Shown here in pieces: positions 31,814 to 64,000 of a stretch of 64,000 bases of DNA. Below the pieces are notes generated by a model. It saw only the letters and a list, made by a program, of their open reading frames with translations. It had not been told where the DNA came from and searched no databases. Where the stretch lies: assembly GCA_963737655.1 (NCBI GenBank), contig CAVTTN010000002.1:1504001-1568000 (forward strand). Direction: 5' to 3'. This stretch comes from an uncultured Planctomycetota bacterium. Lineage in GTDB: Bacteria > Planctomycetota > Planctomycetia > Isosphaerales > Isosphaeraceae. A program made the position numbers and the translations under genes. Each line of letters opens with the position of its first letter. Position 1 is the first letter of the stretch.

Positions 31814-34800
31814 TTGAGCGAAATCGTGTCAAATGCAGCTTCGTCATCGCAGCTCCGTGCCGAACTCGAAGCCATGGTCCTCGGCGACCTGCTCGGCCCG
31901 GCCGGTGGCGAGGACGAGGAGCTGACCGAACGCACGGTGCGGGACCGCTACCTCGTCGGCGTCCTGGCCCCGAGCCGATCCGGGACGACGGCCGCCAAAC
32001 CATCGGCAGAAGACGAAGACGACGAGGACGCCCCCCTCATCCCCGACGAACTTTCGGAGGGGGGCAGCGATACGGCCGACGACGGCAAGGCCGACGCCGA
32101 CACCCCGGTCGCCCAGGCGTTCCTGCCGTCCTCGTTCGGCCTGACCTTCTGCGTCGATCACGCCGAGTCGTCCATCCGGGTCACGGCCTCCTGGGGGCAA
32201 TACAAGCGGGAGAAGCGGGACGACCGTGAGGACCACCGGGGCAACCCGCTGCGGGTCTGGAAGCGGTATCCCAGGGCAGGCACCATCGCCATCCCGCTGA
32301 AGGACGGCCCGATCCCACCGACGGCCCCCGACCCCCTGTTCCCCGACATCCTCGTCCAGGGTCAGGTCCGCAAACGGGACAGCCACTTCGCCGTCACGCT
32401 CTTCCTCGTCAACGCCCAGGAGGAGGGGCGGCCCAAGGACGAGTCCCACGTCTTCCAGCCGAAGCTCGTCGTCACCGCCGACGGCGACCGGGCGGTCTTC
32501 TGCAAGAGGGGCACGGTCGGCCCGAACGACGACCTCGAAGAGCGCCTCACGGCGATGCTCTACCGGCACCACGTCGAGTACGCCGTCGGCCACGGCATCA
32601 GCGTCCACGCCAAGGCCCCCGAGGGCTCGTCCTGCGGTGCGACGAGGATCGAGACCGTCCTGGTGCCGTCCCACGAAGTCCCCAGTACCACACCCCCCAC
32701 CGAGGCCGACGCCGACGAGAACCCCGCCTTCGCCGGGCTCGCCGGGCTCGTCCTCGACATGAAAACCCTGGCCGAGGCCACCCCCAAAACGCTCCCGGCG
32801 ATGCTGGCCCCGCTGGTGGCCGCCTACCGGGCCTGGATCGACCGGGAGGAGGCCCGGCTCGCCGACCCCGCCGAGGGACTCTCCCCCTTCGGCGATGCGG
32901 GCCGGGTCGCCATCGACAACTGCCGCCTCACCCTCCGGCGGATCGAGGGGGGACTGGGGCTGCTGGCCGACGACCCGCAGGCGTTCGAGTCGTTCGCCTT
33001 CATGAACCGGGCCATGTGGCTCCAGCGGACCCACTCCCTCAAGTCCGAGCGGGTGCGGCGGGGCGAGTCGTTCGAGTTCGAGACGGACATCGACCTCCCG
33101 CACAACCGGAGCTGGCGTCCATTCCAGATCGCCTTCATCCTGCTCAACCTGCCGGGAGTCACAAAGCTCGACCACCACGACCGGGGCGTCGGCCCCGAGG
33201 CCCTGGCCGACCTCCTCTTCTTCCCCACCGGCGGCGGCAAGACCGAGGCATACCTGGGCCTCTCCGCCTACACCATGGCCTTGCGGCGATTGCAGGGCAC
33301 GGTCGCCGGGCGGGTCGGCGAGGAGGGCGTGGCGGTCCTGATGCGGTACACCCTCCGCCTGCTGACCATCCAGCAGTTCCAGCGGGCCACGGCCCTGCTC
33401 TGCGCCTGCGAATGGATTCGCCGCAAGGCCCTGGAGCAAGGGGACGCCCGCTGGGGCAGGACGCCGTTCCGCATCGGCCTCTGGGTCGGTCGCCGGACCA
33501 CGCCCAACCGGACCGACGACGCCGTGGAGGCGATCAAGCAGGCCCGAGGCAACCAGTTCGTCGGCGGCGGGGTCGGCACGCCGTACCAGCTCACGACCTG
33601 CCCCTGGTGCGGCAGCGCCATCGAGGCGGGCAAGCACCTCGACGCCAAGCCCTACCCCCACGGGTCGGCCCGCACGCTGACCTACTGCGGCGACAAGTTC
33701 GGCCAGTGCCTCTTCAGCCGCCGCCAGGCCGCCGAGGAGGGCCTGCCGGTCGTCGTGGTGGACGAGGAGATCTACCGGAGGCTGCCGACCCTCTTGATCG
33801 CCACGGTGGACAAGTTCGCCCAGATGCCGTGGAAGGGCGAGGTCCAGATGCTCTTCGGCAGGGTCACGGGACGCTGCGAGCGGCACGGGTTCAAGTCGCC
33901 GGAGATCGAGGACTCCACCTTCCACCCCCGGTCGAACATGGGCCTCCCCTCGGCCCGGCTGGTGGAGCACCCGCCGCTCCGCCCGCCCGACCTGATCATC
34001 CAGGACGAACTGCACCTGATCAGCGGCCCGCTCGGCACGCTCGTCGGCCTCTACGAGACGGCCATCGACGAACTCTGCACCTGGGAGGTGGGCGGCAAGA
34101 AGGTCCGCCCCAAGGTGATCGCCTCGACGGCGACGATCAAGAACGCCGACGTGCAGGTGCGGAGCCTCTTCCTGCGGACGGTCAACGTCTTCCCGCCGCC
34201 GGGCCTCGACGTGCGGGACAACTTCTTCTCGATCCAGCGGGAGCCCTCGGCGGAGGAGTTCGGCCGCCTCTACCTCGGGATCTGCGCCCCCGGACGGCGG
34301 CTGAAGGCAGCCCTGATCCGGGTCTACGTGGCCCTCCTCTGCTCGGCCCAGTCCCTCTACGAGAAGCACGGCAAGACGGTCGATCCCTGGATGACCCTCG
34401 TCGGCTACTTCAACTCCATGCGGGAACTCGGCGGGATGCGCCGCCTGGTGGACGACGACGTGTTCACCCGCTGCCGCAAGCAGGACCGCCGGGGACTGGC
34501 GAAGCGTTACTTCAACGGCGAGTATCTCGCCGAATTGACCAGCCGCATCCGGTCCGAGGAAATCCCCCAGACCCTCGACCGACTGGAGGCGGGCTTCGAC
34601 CCCGAACTCGAAGAGAAACGCAAGGAAGCGTTCAAGACCAAGGACTACAAGAACATCCCCAAGAAGCCGCTCGACGTGCTCCTGGCCACGAACATGATCT
34701 CCGTCGGCGTGGACGTGAAGCGGCTGGGGCTGATGGTCGTCGCCGGGCAGCCCAAGGCGACCGCCGAGTACATCCAGGCTACCAGCCGGGTCGGCCGGAG

Positions 34801-35413
34801 CTTCCCCGGCCTGGTCGTCACCGTGTTCAACTGGGCCAGGCCCCGTGACCTGTCGCACTACGAGACCTTCGAGCACTACCACTCGACGTTCTACAAGCAC
34901 GTCGAGCCGCTCTCGGTGACGCCCTTCTCGCCGGGGGCCTTGCAGCGGGGCCTGGCGGGGCTGCTGGTCTCGATGGTCCGGCTCCGGGGCACCGAGTTCA
35001 ACGCCAACGAGACCGCCTCCCGGATCAGCACGAGCAATCCTTTCGTCCAGGACGCCATCGAGGCGATCGCCCGGAGGGCCGAGCTGATCGGCGACGGCTC
35101 CAAGACCGGCGACTCCTGCCGGGCCGAGTTGCTGAGCAAGGCCGACCTCTGGCAGGCCGAGGCCCAGAACGACACGGGCGGGCGAGTCCTGACATACACC
35201 GAGCCCCACGGCCCGGATGGCCCGAAGAAGGGGACGACCGTCAAGCTCCTGCACAGCCCCGGCATGGACCGCTGGCAGGAGTTCACCTGCCTGAACTCGC
35301 TCCGGGAGGTCGAGCCGGGCGTCAAGTTCATCGTCAGCGACGGCGGCCTCGACGATGTGAACGCCAGGGAGCCCGAAGCGACCCCGGAAGGGGCCGGGGA
35401 GGTGATCGCATGA
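31814..35413 (+). CDS. drmA: DISARM SF2 helicase DrmA
   Basis: DLLGP, FPTGGGKTEAY, RYTLRLLT, QDELH and QATSRVGR; TTG start after a GAGGAG RBS. Confidence 0.92.
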   Translation: MSEIVSNAASSSQLRAELEAMVLGDLLGPAGGEDEELTERTVRDRYLVGVLAPSRSGTTAAKPSAEDEDDEDAPLIPDELSEGGSDTADDGKADADTPVAQAFLPSSFGLTFCVDHAESSIRVTASWGQYKREKRDDREDHRGNPLRVWKRYPRAGTIAIPLKDGPIPPTAPDPLFPDILVQGQVRKRDSHFAVTLFLVNAQEEGRPKDESHVFQPKLVVTADGDRAVFCKRGTVGPNDDLEERLTAMLYRHHVEYAVGHGISVHAKAPEGSSCGATRIETVLVPSHEVPSTTPPTEADADENPAFAGLAGLVLDMKTLAEATPKTLPAMLAPLVAAYRAWIDREEARLADPAEGLSPFGDAGRVAIDNCRLTLRRIEGGLGLLADDPQAFESFAFMNRAMWLQRTHSLKSERVRRGESFEFETDIDLPHNRSWRPFQIAFILLNLPGVTKLDHHDRGVGPEALADLLFFPTGGGKTEAYLGLSAYTMALRRLQGTVAGRVGEEGVAVLMRYTLRLLTIQQFQRATALLCACEWIRRKALEQGDARWGRTPFRIGLWVGRRTTPNRTDDAVEAIKQARGNQFVGGGVGTPYQLTTCPWCGSAIEAGKHLDAKPYPHGSARTLTYCGDKFGQCLFSRRQAAEEGLPVVVVDEEIYRRLPTLLIATVDKFAQMPWKGEVQMLFGRVTGRCERHGFKSPEIEDSTFHPRSNMGLPSARLVEHPPLRPPDLIIQDELHLISGPLGTLVGLYETAIDELCTWEVGGKKVRPKVIASTATIKNADVQVRSLFLRTVNVFPPPGLDVRDNFFSIQREPSAEEFGRLYLGICAPGRRLKAALIRVYVALLCSAQSLYEKHGKTVDPWMTLVGYFNSMRELGGMRRLVDDDVFTRCRKQDRRGLAKRYFNGEYLAELTSRIRSEEIPQTLDRLEAGFDPELEEKRKEAFKTKDYKNIPKKPLDVLLATNMISVGVDVKRLGLMVVAGQPKATAEYIQATSRVGRSFPGLVVTVFNWARPRDLSHYETFEHYHSTFYKHVEPLSVTPFSPGALQRGLAGLLVSMVRLRGTEFNANETASRISTSNPFVQDAIEAIARRAELIGDGSKTGDSCRAELLSKADLWQAEAQNDTGGRVLTYTEPHGPDGPKKGTTVKLLHSPGMDRWQEFTCLNSLREVEPGVKFIVSDGGLDDVNAREPEATPEGAGEVIA

Positions 35414-37270
35414 GCCTCTCCAGCCACATGAGGAAGTCGGAGGTCGGGGAGGTCCGGCCCAGCCAGGCCCTCACCACCTATGGGATCGGCTCGCTGGTCG
35501 ATCTGCCGAACCTCTCGGTGCTCGTCATGGGTTTGGACGACTGGCAGGCCGCCCACGCCACCGAGATCGCCGAGGAGCGGCTCCTCCGCTCGGCCAGGTC
35601 GATCCTGGGGCCGCAGGTATCCCGGCTCTTGACGCCGCCTCGTGGGGCGGAATCCCAGGGTTCGCAGACGAACTGGTTCGACGAATCCCGCCAGATCGGC
35701 GTGCCGGTGGCCCCGTTCCCCCGCTGGATGGTCTGCTCCAGTTGCCGCCTGCTGGCCCCGATCAGCTCCGGCCTCTTCGAGCCGAAGACCCCGCCCTATC
35801 GACCGGACCGGGCCAGCTACGTCCACAGCTGTAACAGCAAGGGCCGTGCGCCGCTCGTGGTCCCGGCCCGCTTCATGGTGACCTGCGAGCACGGCCACCT
35901 CGACGACTTCCCCTGGGTCGAGTTCATCCACCAGGGATCGACCGACTGCAAGGGCCTGCTCTACCTCTACGAGGTCGGGGCCAGCGGCGAGGCCCTGGAC
36001 GTGGAGGTCAAGTGTGACGGGTGCCAGACCCGCCGCCGGATGGGCCAGGCGTTCGGCCCGAACAACCGCACGTCCATGCCCACCTGCCGGGGGAGGCGGC
36101 CCCACCTGCGGGACTTCGACCCCGGCGGCTGCGACCAGGATCACGTCAAGCCGATGCTCCAGGGGGCGTCGAACCTCTGGTTCCCCATGCTGATCTCGGC
36201 ACTTTCCGTCCCGCAGGCCACCGACGACCTCGGCAGGCTGGTGGAGGAGAACTGGGTCGTCCTGGAGAAGGTCACCAGCGTCGAGGTGCTCAAGGCGTTC
36301 CGGCTCATCGGCCAGCTGAAAGACCTCAACAAGTACGGCGACGAGCCGATCTGGGCGGCGATCCAGAAGAAGGCCGAGGGGACGGTCGAGGAGCCCGACG
36401 ACCCGGACGACCTGAAGTCGCCCGAGTGGCGGGTCTTCTCCAACCCGTCGAAGGCCCAGGAGAGCCGCAGCTTCAAGCTCCGCCCGGTGCGAGCCCCCGG
36501 CCTCCTACGCCGCCTCCTTCGAGAAGGTCGTCCTCGTGGAGAAGCTGCGTGAGGTCCGGGCGCTCGTCGGCTTCACCCGCCTCGTCTCGCCTCGGGACTT
36601 CGACAGCCCCGCCGAGGTGCCCCCGGAAAACCGGGGGAGGCTGTCCCGCAGAGACCCGGCGTGGCTCCCGGCCTGCGAGACTCGGGGGGAGGGCATCTTC
36701 TTCCAGTTCTCCGAGCCGGCGATCCAGGCTTGGGCCGAGCGGAGCCACGCCTACGAGCGGGAGTTCGAGCTGGCCTACCAAGACTGGCGGGTCGGCAAGG
36801 GGCTCGACCCGAACCAGGGCTACCCCGGCATCCGCTACGTGCTCCTGCATTCGTTCGCCCACGCCCTGATCCGCCAGCTGGCCATCGAATGCGGCTACAC
36901 CAGTGCGTCGATCGCCGAGCGGATCTATTCGAGGAACCCGTCGGACGGCGACCCGATGGCGGGCGTGCTGATCTACACATCGGCCCCCGACAGCGAGGGT
37001 ACACTCGGCGGCCTCTGCGCCCTGGGCGAGCCGGACAAGCTCGGGCGGCACATCCGCCGGGCGTTGGAGAAGGTGGCGCTGTGTGCCTCCGACCCGCTCT
37101 GTTCGGAGCACCCCGTCGGCGGCGGCGAGAAGCTCCACGGGGCGTCGTGTCACTCCTGCTCGTTCCTGCCCGAGACCTCGTGCGAGCGGGGCAACAAGTT
37201 CCTGGACCGGGCGGCGCTGGTGCCGACGGTGGAACGCACCAACCTCTCCTTCTTCCGGCCGGAACTATGA
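35410..37270 (+). CDS. drmB: DISARM DrmB (DUF1998); frameshift near 36490 (probably assembly error)
   Basis: VRPSQALTTYG and CEHGHLDDFPW; C-half GEGIF, LLHSFAHALI, GTLGGL and CASDPLC...CHSC...ETSCERGN. ATGA overlaps with drmA and drmC. Confidence 0.9.
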
Positions 37271-38058
37271 GCCCGGAGCGGCGTCTCATCGAGTCGGCCT
37301 ACGCCCTGGCGTGCGGCCTGCCGGGCGGTACGGTCGAGGCCCTGGCCACGGCGATCCTCTCTTGCCCAGAAAGTTCGCTGCGGGCCGAGGTCGCCCGGCG
37401 GATCGCCCATCACGAGCACCGGGATCTGGCCCTGGCCTTCGTGGACCGTTGGCGGGAGGAGTCGGGGGAGATCGACGCCCGGACGGTGGCCGTGGCGCTC
37501 CAGACGGCGGCCCATGCGGAGCGGGCGCATCGGGACTCGCATTCGGTCGAGCCGGTCTGGACCGGCCCCGACGCCGGGGTCGTGCCGTTCCGCCGCACCG
37601 AGCAGGCGATCCTCCAGGTCCTCGACGCCGCCCGGACCCGGATCACGCTGGTGAGCTTCGCCGTCTACAAGATACCCAACGTGGCGAAGGCCCTCGTGAA
37701 GGCGGCGGGGCGTGGCGTCCGGCTGACGGTCGTGGTGGAGACCCCCGACCGGATCGAGGGCCAGGGCGAATACAGCACGATCCGGGCATTGGGGCGGGAG
37801 GTGGCGGGCTGCTCCACGGTCTACTACTGGCCCCAGGAGAATCGTCGAGTCGGGGAGAACGGCAAGTTCGGCATCCTGCACGTCAAGTGCGCCGTGGCCG
37901 ACGGCGAGTGGATGTTCCTCTCCTCGGCGAACCTCACCCGGCAGGCGTTCACGATCAACATGGAGCTGGGGATGCTCGTCCGGGGCGGGTCCATGCCGAA
38001 TCGTGTGGAGCGGCAGTTCGATCAGCTCGTCCACGACGGTCACCTGAAACAAATCTGA
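37267..38058 (+). CDS. drmC: DISARM phospholipase D-like nuclease DrmC
   Basis: VWTGP, the HxKxxxxD motif LHVKCAVAD and SANLT...NMELG. Confidence 0.92.
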   Translation: MSPERRLIESAYALACGLPGGTVEALATAILSCPESSLRAEVARRIAHHEHRDLALAFVDRWREESGEIDARTVAVALQTAAHAERAHRDSHSVEPVWTGPDAGVVPFRRTEQAILQVLDAARTRITLVSFAVYKIPNVAKALVKAAGRGVRLTVVVETPDRIEGQGEYSTIRALGREVAGCSTVYYWPQENRRVGENGKFGILHVKCAVADGEWMFLSSANLTRQAFTINMELGMLVRGGSMPNRVERQFDQLVHDGHLKQI

Positions 38059-38133
38059 GATCGCAATCCGTCGGCCCCCGAGGTCGCCTACCGGGACCAC
38101 CTACGACGGTCGCGGGAGGAGCACAGGTCCGAG

Positions 38134-38421
38134 ATGGTCATGCCGAGCCCGACGCAGGCGAAGGTCGAGGAAATGTTCCCGTCTATCGCCAAGTATGTCG
38201 CAGGGTACGGCTACGTCGAGATCGGCGACCAGGAGGGTTTCGGCTTCGTGGTGCGGGCGCTCGGTTATGGAGGGCTGGACTTCGAGGACGACCGATGCGA
38301 CACGCTGGCCGTGGCGATGGCCATGCTGGAGGCGGGATTGAGCCGTTGGTTCGCGGATCGTAGCTGGCCATACCCCGAAAGCGGATGTTCAGGATGCAAG
38401 GATAGTCAAGAAACGCCTTGA
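38134..38421 (+). CDS. Small hypothetical protein
   Basis: 95 aa with GGAGGAG upstream; ordered alpha/beta-like sequence (FPSIAKYV.GYGYVEIG...VRAL..GG). Confidence 0.6.
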   Translation: MVMPSPTQAKVEEMFPSIAKYVAGYGYVEIGDQEGFGFVVRALGYGGLDFEDDRCDTLAVAMAMLEAGLSRWFADRSWPYPESGCSGCKDSQETP

Positions 38422-38607
38422 ATTCAGGAGGATTCGGCGACACGGCTGATTCATTACCGAACACTTTATGTTTAAGTGCGAGGATCTCAACATCTAAAAT
38501 CGAAACAGTGTTACATAATTTGTTCAGTAGAAATCATCGAACCGTCTAGAAACGCCGCGGATTCCGAAATCTCTTCAGTACACATTTGCTTTCGGGGGTG
38601 TGAACGG

Positions 38608-38748
38608 CTACAGAAAAAGCAAACAAAGGATGACGTGTTTATATTCGGAGGCGTCCACCGAACCCCGGAGCTTATCGGCGGCCTGCCAGAGGGTGTCGGC
38701 GAAGTCGAGTGGACTTCCCGAGTCGAGGGCGAGCTTCTCTTGGGCCAT
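38608..38748 (-). pseudogene. hsdM: N-terminal remnant of type I methyltransferase HsdM
   Basis: Manual translation (below the ORF-track cutoff) gives MAQEKLALDSGSPLDFADTLWQAADKLRGSVDASEYKHVILCLLFL*, the classic HsdM_N start. Confidence 0.85.
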
Positions 38749-38906
38749 GCGATCACGAATTCATGAGAAAGTTGGGGCCGGTTACCCCGCGAAGGATGGG
38801 GGACGGAACCCGGGTCCCTGAGAGCTGTTAAGACCCCCGATGGGTTGAGGGTCGCATTCTCTAACATCGATCGCGGACAGTCAATAAGCCGGCTGGCGGC
38901 CGTAGC

Positions 38907-39161
<255 letters not shown>

Positions 39162-39525
39162 AGAGCGCGGCATCCGCCGTGCAAAACCCGTGCACCGGTA
39201 AACGGTTGCGACCGACCCATCGGGGGCTGGTCGCAACCTTTCTTGTTGTTTTCACGCATCGGCTGTGCAGCGGAAATCCACCGCCGCGCATGATCAGCGC
39301 ACCGCGGATTCGGCCTCGTCGCCGGAGCCTGGAGCCTCTTCCGCTTCGTCTCAGTTCGCGGCCATCGTGATCCGTCCTTCCCGACCTCCTTGGCCGATCG
39401 ACCTGGAGGCGCGCCCTGGCAGGGCAGGGCAGGGTGGACTGCCGCGGCCTCGGGCCGGTGGAGCGGGGTTCGGGGCGCGAAGTCGTTCCGGGGCAGGATG
39501 ATTTGTGGGGCATGTCTGATCGCGT

Positions 39526-40971
39526 ATGATGGCCTCGGGCGAACCGGTCCTCGCCCATGAGGGCGGCGAAGGACCTTTCCGTGTTCGAATCCAGGCCCGC
39601 ATGACGCTCCCCGATGGAAGACGCTTGATCGTGGCCCCGGGGATCCTTGAGGAGCCGAACCCCGAGGGTCGCGTATTGCTCTGGGTTCCCGGTCGGCCGG
39701 TCGAGGGGGGACGGCTGTGGGACCGAGTGGGGGTCCGGCCCCGGGCCCCGATGACGGTCGATCGAGGGGTTTGCTCGGTCGAGGTCACGTCGGTGGAGCA
39801 CCGCCAGCGCGTTGCCGGCCGGCTGGCGCGATGGCTCGGCGTCGGCTCGTCGAAGGGGGCCGACCGGAGTCTCCGCCTGCCCACGGGCGAGGTCGCGGAG
39901 CCTTCGGGGAACCGGAGGACGGATCGTCGGCTCGCCTGGCCCAAGGACTCGTCGGGGAGGCTGGACGAGCAGGAGGTCCGTGCGATCTGGCCGGGGCGTC
40001 GGGAGGTCCTCGCGATCGGCCCTGAGCTTTTCCTGGTCGGAGGGCTCGGGCCGGAGGAGCCTCCGGCCTCGGAGGTGGAGCCCCGGGTGGACGCCTCGAA
40101 CGAGTCGTCGCCGAGGGCCCTGGCCGAGCGATCCCGGGATGAGGCCCGCCGGTCCGGGGACCTGGCCCGGGAGGTCGATGCCTTGATCGACCTGGGGGCC
40201 TCGCTCTTGAAAAACGGCGAATCCTCAAGGGCCGCGGAGGTCTTGTGCGAGGCGGTCCGCGCGTCGAAGAAGCTCGCGGACGCGCCGAGGAAGGCCGATG
40301 CCCTGACTCACCTCGGGATGGCCATGCTCGCCACGCGGAGGCCCCTCCGGGCGAGGATGCTCCTGAGGCCGGCCCTGAGTCACGCCCGGAGGGTCGGCGA
40401 TCCGTTCGCCGAGAAGCTGGTCCTCGAACACCTGGGGATCGCTCAGATCGGCTCGGGGGAGGCCGAAGACGCCCTGATCGGGTTCGATCGCGCCCGCTCC
40501 CTCGCGGCGGAATTGCGAGACGGTCGGCAGGAGGCGAGCGTCCTGTGGCGGGCCGCGATCCTCCTGGCGGAGATGGGCCGACGCGATCGGGCGATCGCCT
40601 CGGCGGAGGCCGCCGTGGGCGTGATGAGGCGCGAACATCACCCCGCCGCCGAATGGTATGCCGGGCACCTCGCAAGCTTCCGCGACCGGGCCCCGTCGCC
40701 CCACCCGGGAGGGTCGATCGACGCGATTCCGGCTTCGTCCGAGGGAGGTCCAGGGCTGCTGAGGATGGCGCTCACGGCCGCGAAGGCGATGAAGGCATTC
40801 GTCGGCTCGGGTTTCCGGAGGACTCCGCCCGAGGGGTATCGGGCGCGGCTGGCGGTCTGTTCGCGATGCGAGCACCACACGGGCATCCGCTGCCGCCTTT
40901 GCGGATGCCTGACGGCCGTGAAGGCCGGGATGCTCCACGAACGCTGCCCGGCCGGGCGATGGCCGTCGTGA
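39526..40971 (+). CDS. TPR protein with C-terminal Cys-rich putative zinc module
   Basis: Central TPR-like helices (ALIDLG, ALTHLG, LEHLG); C-terminal RLAVCSRCEH...CRLCGC...CPAGRW. Confidence 0.75.
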   Translation: MMASGEPVLAHEGGEGPFRVRIQARMTLPDGRRLIVAPGILEEPNPEGRVLLWVPGRPVEGGRLWDRVGVRPRAPMTVDRGVCSVEVTSVEHRQRVAGRLARWLGVGSSKGADRSLRLPTGEVAEPSGNRRTDRRLAWPKDSSGRLDEQEVRAIWPGRREVLAIGPELFLVGGLGPEEPPASEVEPRVDASNESSPRALAERSRDEARRSGDLAREVDALIDLGASLLKNGESSRAAEVLCEAVRASKKLADAPRKADALTHLGMAMLATRRPLRARMLLRPALSHARRVGDPFAEKLVLEHLGIAQIGSGEAEDALIGFDRARSLAAELRDGRQEASVLWRAAILLAEMGRRDRAIASAEAAVGVMRREHHPAAEWYAGHLASFRDRAPSPHPGGSIDAIPASSEGGPGLLRMALTAAKAMKAFVGSGFRRTPPEGYRARLAVCSRCEHHTGIRCRLCGCLTAVKAGMLHERCPAGRWPS

Positions 40972-41079
40972 CGAGGACGGCCGGTCCCTCGGATCGCCGG
41001 AGCGAGAGCGGGGCCTCGAAGGCGAGGCCCCGGCAAAGCCGACCCGAGGGTGACGACCGAACGCCTCGGGCCGCTTCGC

Positions 41080-41766
41080 TCACCGGGTCGCCCCGGGACG
41101 ACGACGGCGGCGGAGGCGGCGGGCCGCCAGGATCGACCCGCCGACCAGGCACGCCGCAAGCGAGGCCGGCTCGGGCACCGAGCGGACGTGGACCGTGGCG
41201 GGGGTATAGCTGGGGTCCAAAGAACTGGAGTCCCCCGCATCGAAATAGGTGTTCGCGCCCCTGACCAGGACGATCTGGTAGCTATCCCCGGAAGCGGTGC
41301 TTGGGACCTGGAAGCTGACCGTCGCCAGGTAGGAGAAGGGCCCGCCCGAGGTCGCCGGGAGGGGCACGAACCCGGTTACGGAGTCGTCCGAGTCGCCGCC
41401 GGAGATCGTGTCGTTGGCGTAGACCGTCGGCGTGGGCGCCCCGAAGAACGGGATCGACGTCGGTACGTTGTCCTGGTTGCTGCTCTCCTGATAGAACACA
41501 TAATTCGGATTGCCATACGGATCCGACTGCCCCGGAGTGAACTGGAGCAGGGCCGTCGGAGACCCGATCGGCACGATCTGGAGTTGCAGGCCGAAGTCGG
41601 CGAGAGTGTCGCCGGCGTTGCTGGTGATCAGGAAGTCCATGGTCCCGGTGTCTCCGGGATTCAGGGTGACGTCGGCCGCGCTGATGATCACGTCGGCGTT
41701 GGCCCCGGTCGCGATCAGGGCGACCATCAGCGCGGCGAGGGCGGTAGCACGCGGGGATAAGTTCAC
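41080..41766 (-). CDS. PEP-CTERM protein with cohesin-like domain
   Basis: GTG start, signal peptide ending ANA, C-terminal VPEPASLAACLVGGSILAARRLRRRR. The body has cohesin-like NPGDTGTMDF and LATVSFQVPSTASGDSYQI. Confidence 0.8.
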   Translation of the reverse strand: MNLSPRATALAALMVALIATGANADVIISAADVTLNPGDTGTMDFLITSNAGDTLADFGLQLQIVPIGSPTALLQFTPGQSDPYGNPNYVFYQESSNQDNVPTSIPFFGAPTPTVYANDTISGGDSDDSVTGFVPLPATSGGPFSYLATVSFQVPSTASGDSYQIVLVRGANTYFDAGDSSSLDPSYTPATVHVRSVPEPASLAACLVGGSILAARRLRRRRRPGATR

Positions 41767-41812
41767 GTCCAAGGGTCCTTTCTGGAAAAGGTCGAACTCG
41801 AGTCCGGAGTCG

Positions 41813-64000
<22,188 letters not shown>

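Noticed and set aside
31844..35254. 1136-aa minus-strand ORF
   Set aside because: Antisense shadow of drmA.
22061..38058. The helicase-methylase-PLD cluster as a novel system or BREX
   Set aside because: Gene set and order match known class I DISARM and there is no PglZ or BrxC; only the inserted genes and context are unusual.
38476..38766. 96-aa plus-strand ORF
   Set aside because: Antisense to the recognisable hsdM remnant.

Overview
GC-rich bacterial DNA whose gene content suggests Planctomycetota, probably Isosphaeraceae-like (DUF1501 protein, WD40 Ser/Thr kinase, PEP-CTERM proteins, giant surface protein); the taxonomy is inferred. There are three parts. (1) 1-13.6 kb: sterol desaturase-family gene, PEP-CTERM gene, DUF1501, YebC, TPR protein, catalase HPII and a WD40 kinase, with two long intergenic hairpins. 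(2) 13.7-39.2 kb: a ~25.4 kb phage-satellite-like element in tRNA-Lys(CTT), bounded by a perfect 52-bp direct repeat. It encodes a tyrosine integrase, a primase-DUF3987 replicase, an AlpA-like HTH and a complete class I DISARM operon (drmD, drmMI, drmA, drmB, drmC) with two extra embedded genes (HEPN-like; Schlafen/AlbA_2-ATPase). The operon lies between the extreme 5' and 3' remnants of a lost type I R-M operon. The att core lies inside the integrase frame, so excision would replace a 6-aa integrase tail with a 67-aa tail encoded at the other end of the element. (3) 39.5-64 kb: a TPR/Cys-cluster gene, a cohesin-like PEP-CTERM gene and the 3' >22 kb of a giant repeat adhesin with a C-terminal dockerin-like module, a candidate cohesin-dockerin surface anchor. 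Many single-base frameshifts, mostly in G/C runs, look like long-read assembly errors. All calls come from motif recognition by eye; no searches were run.
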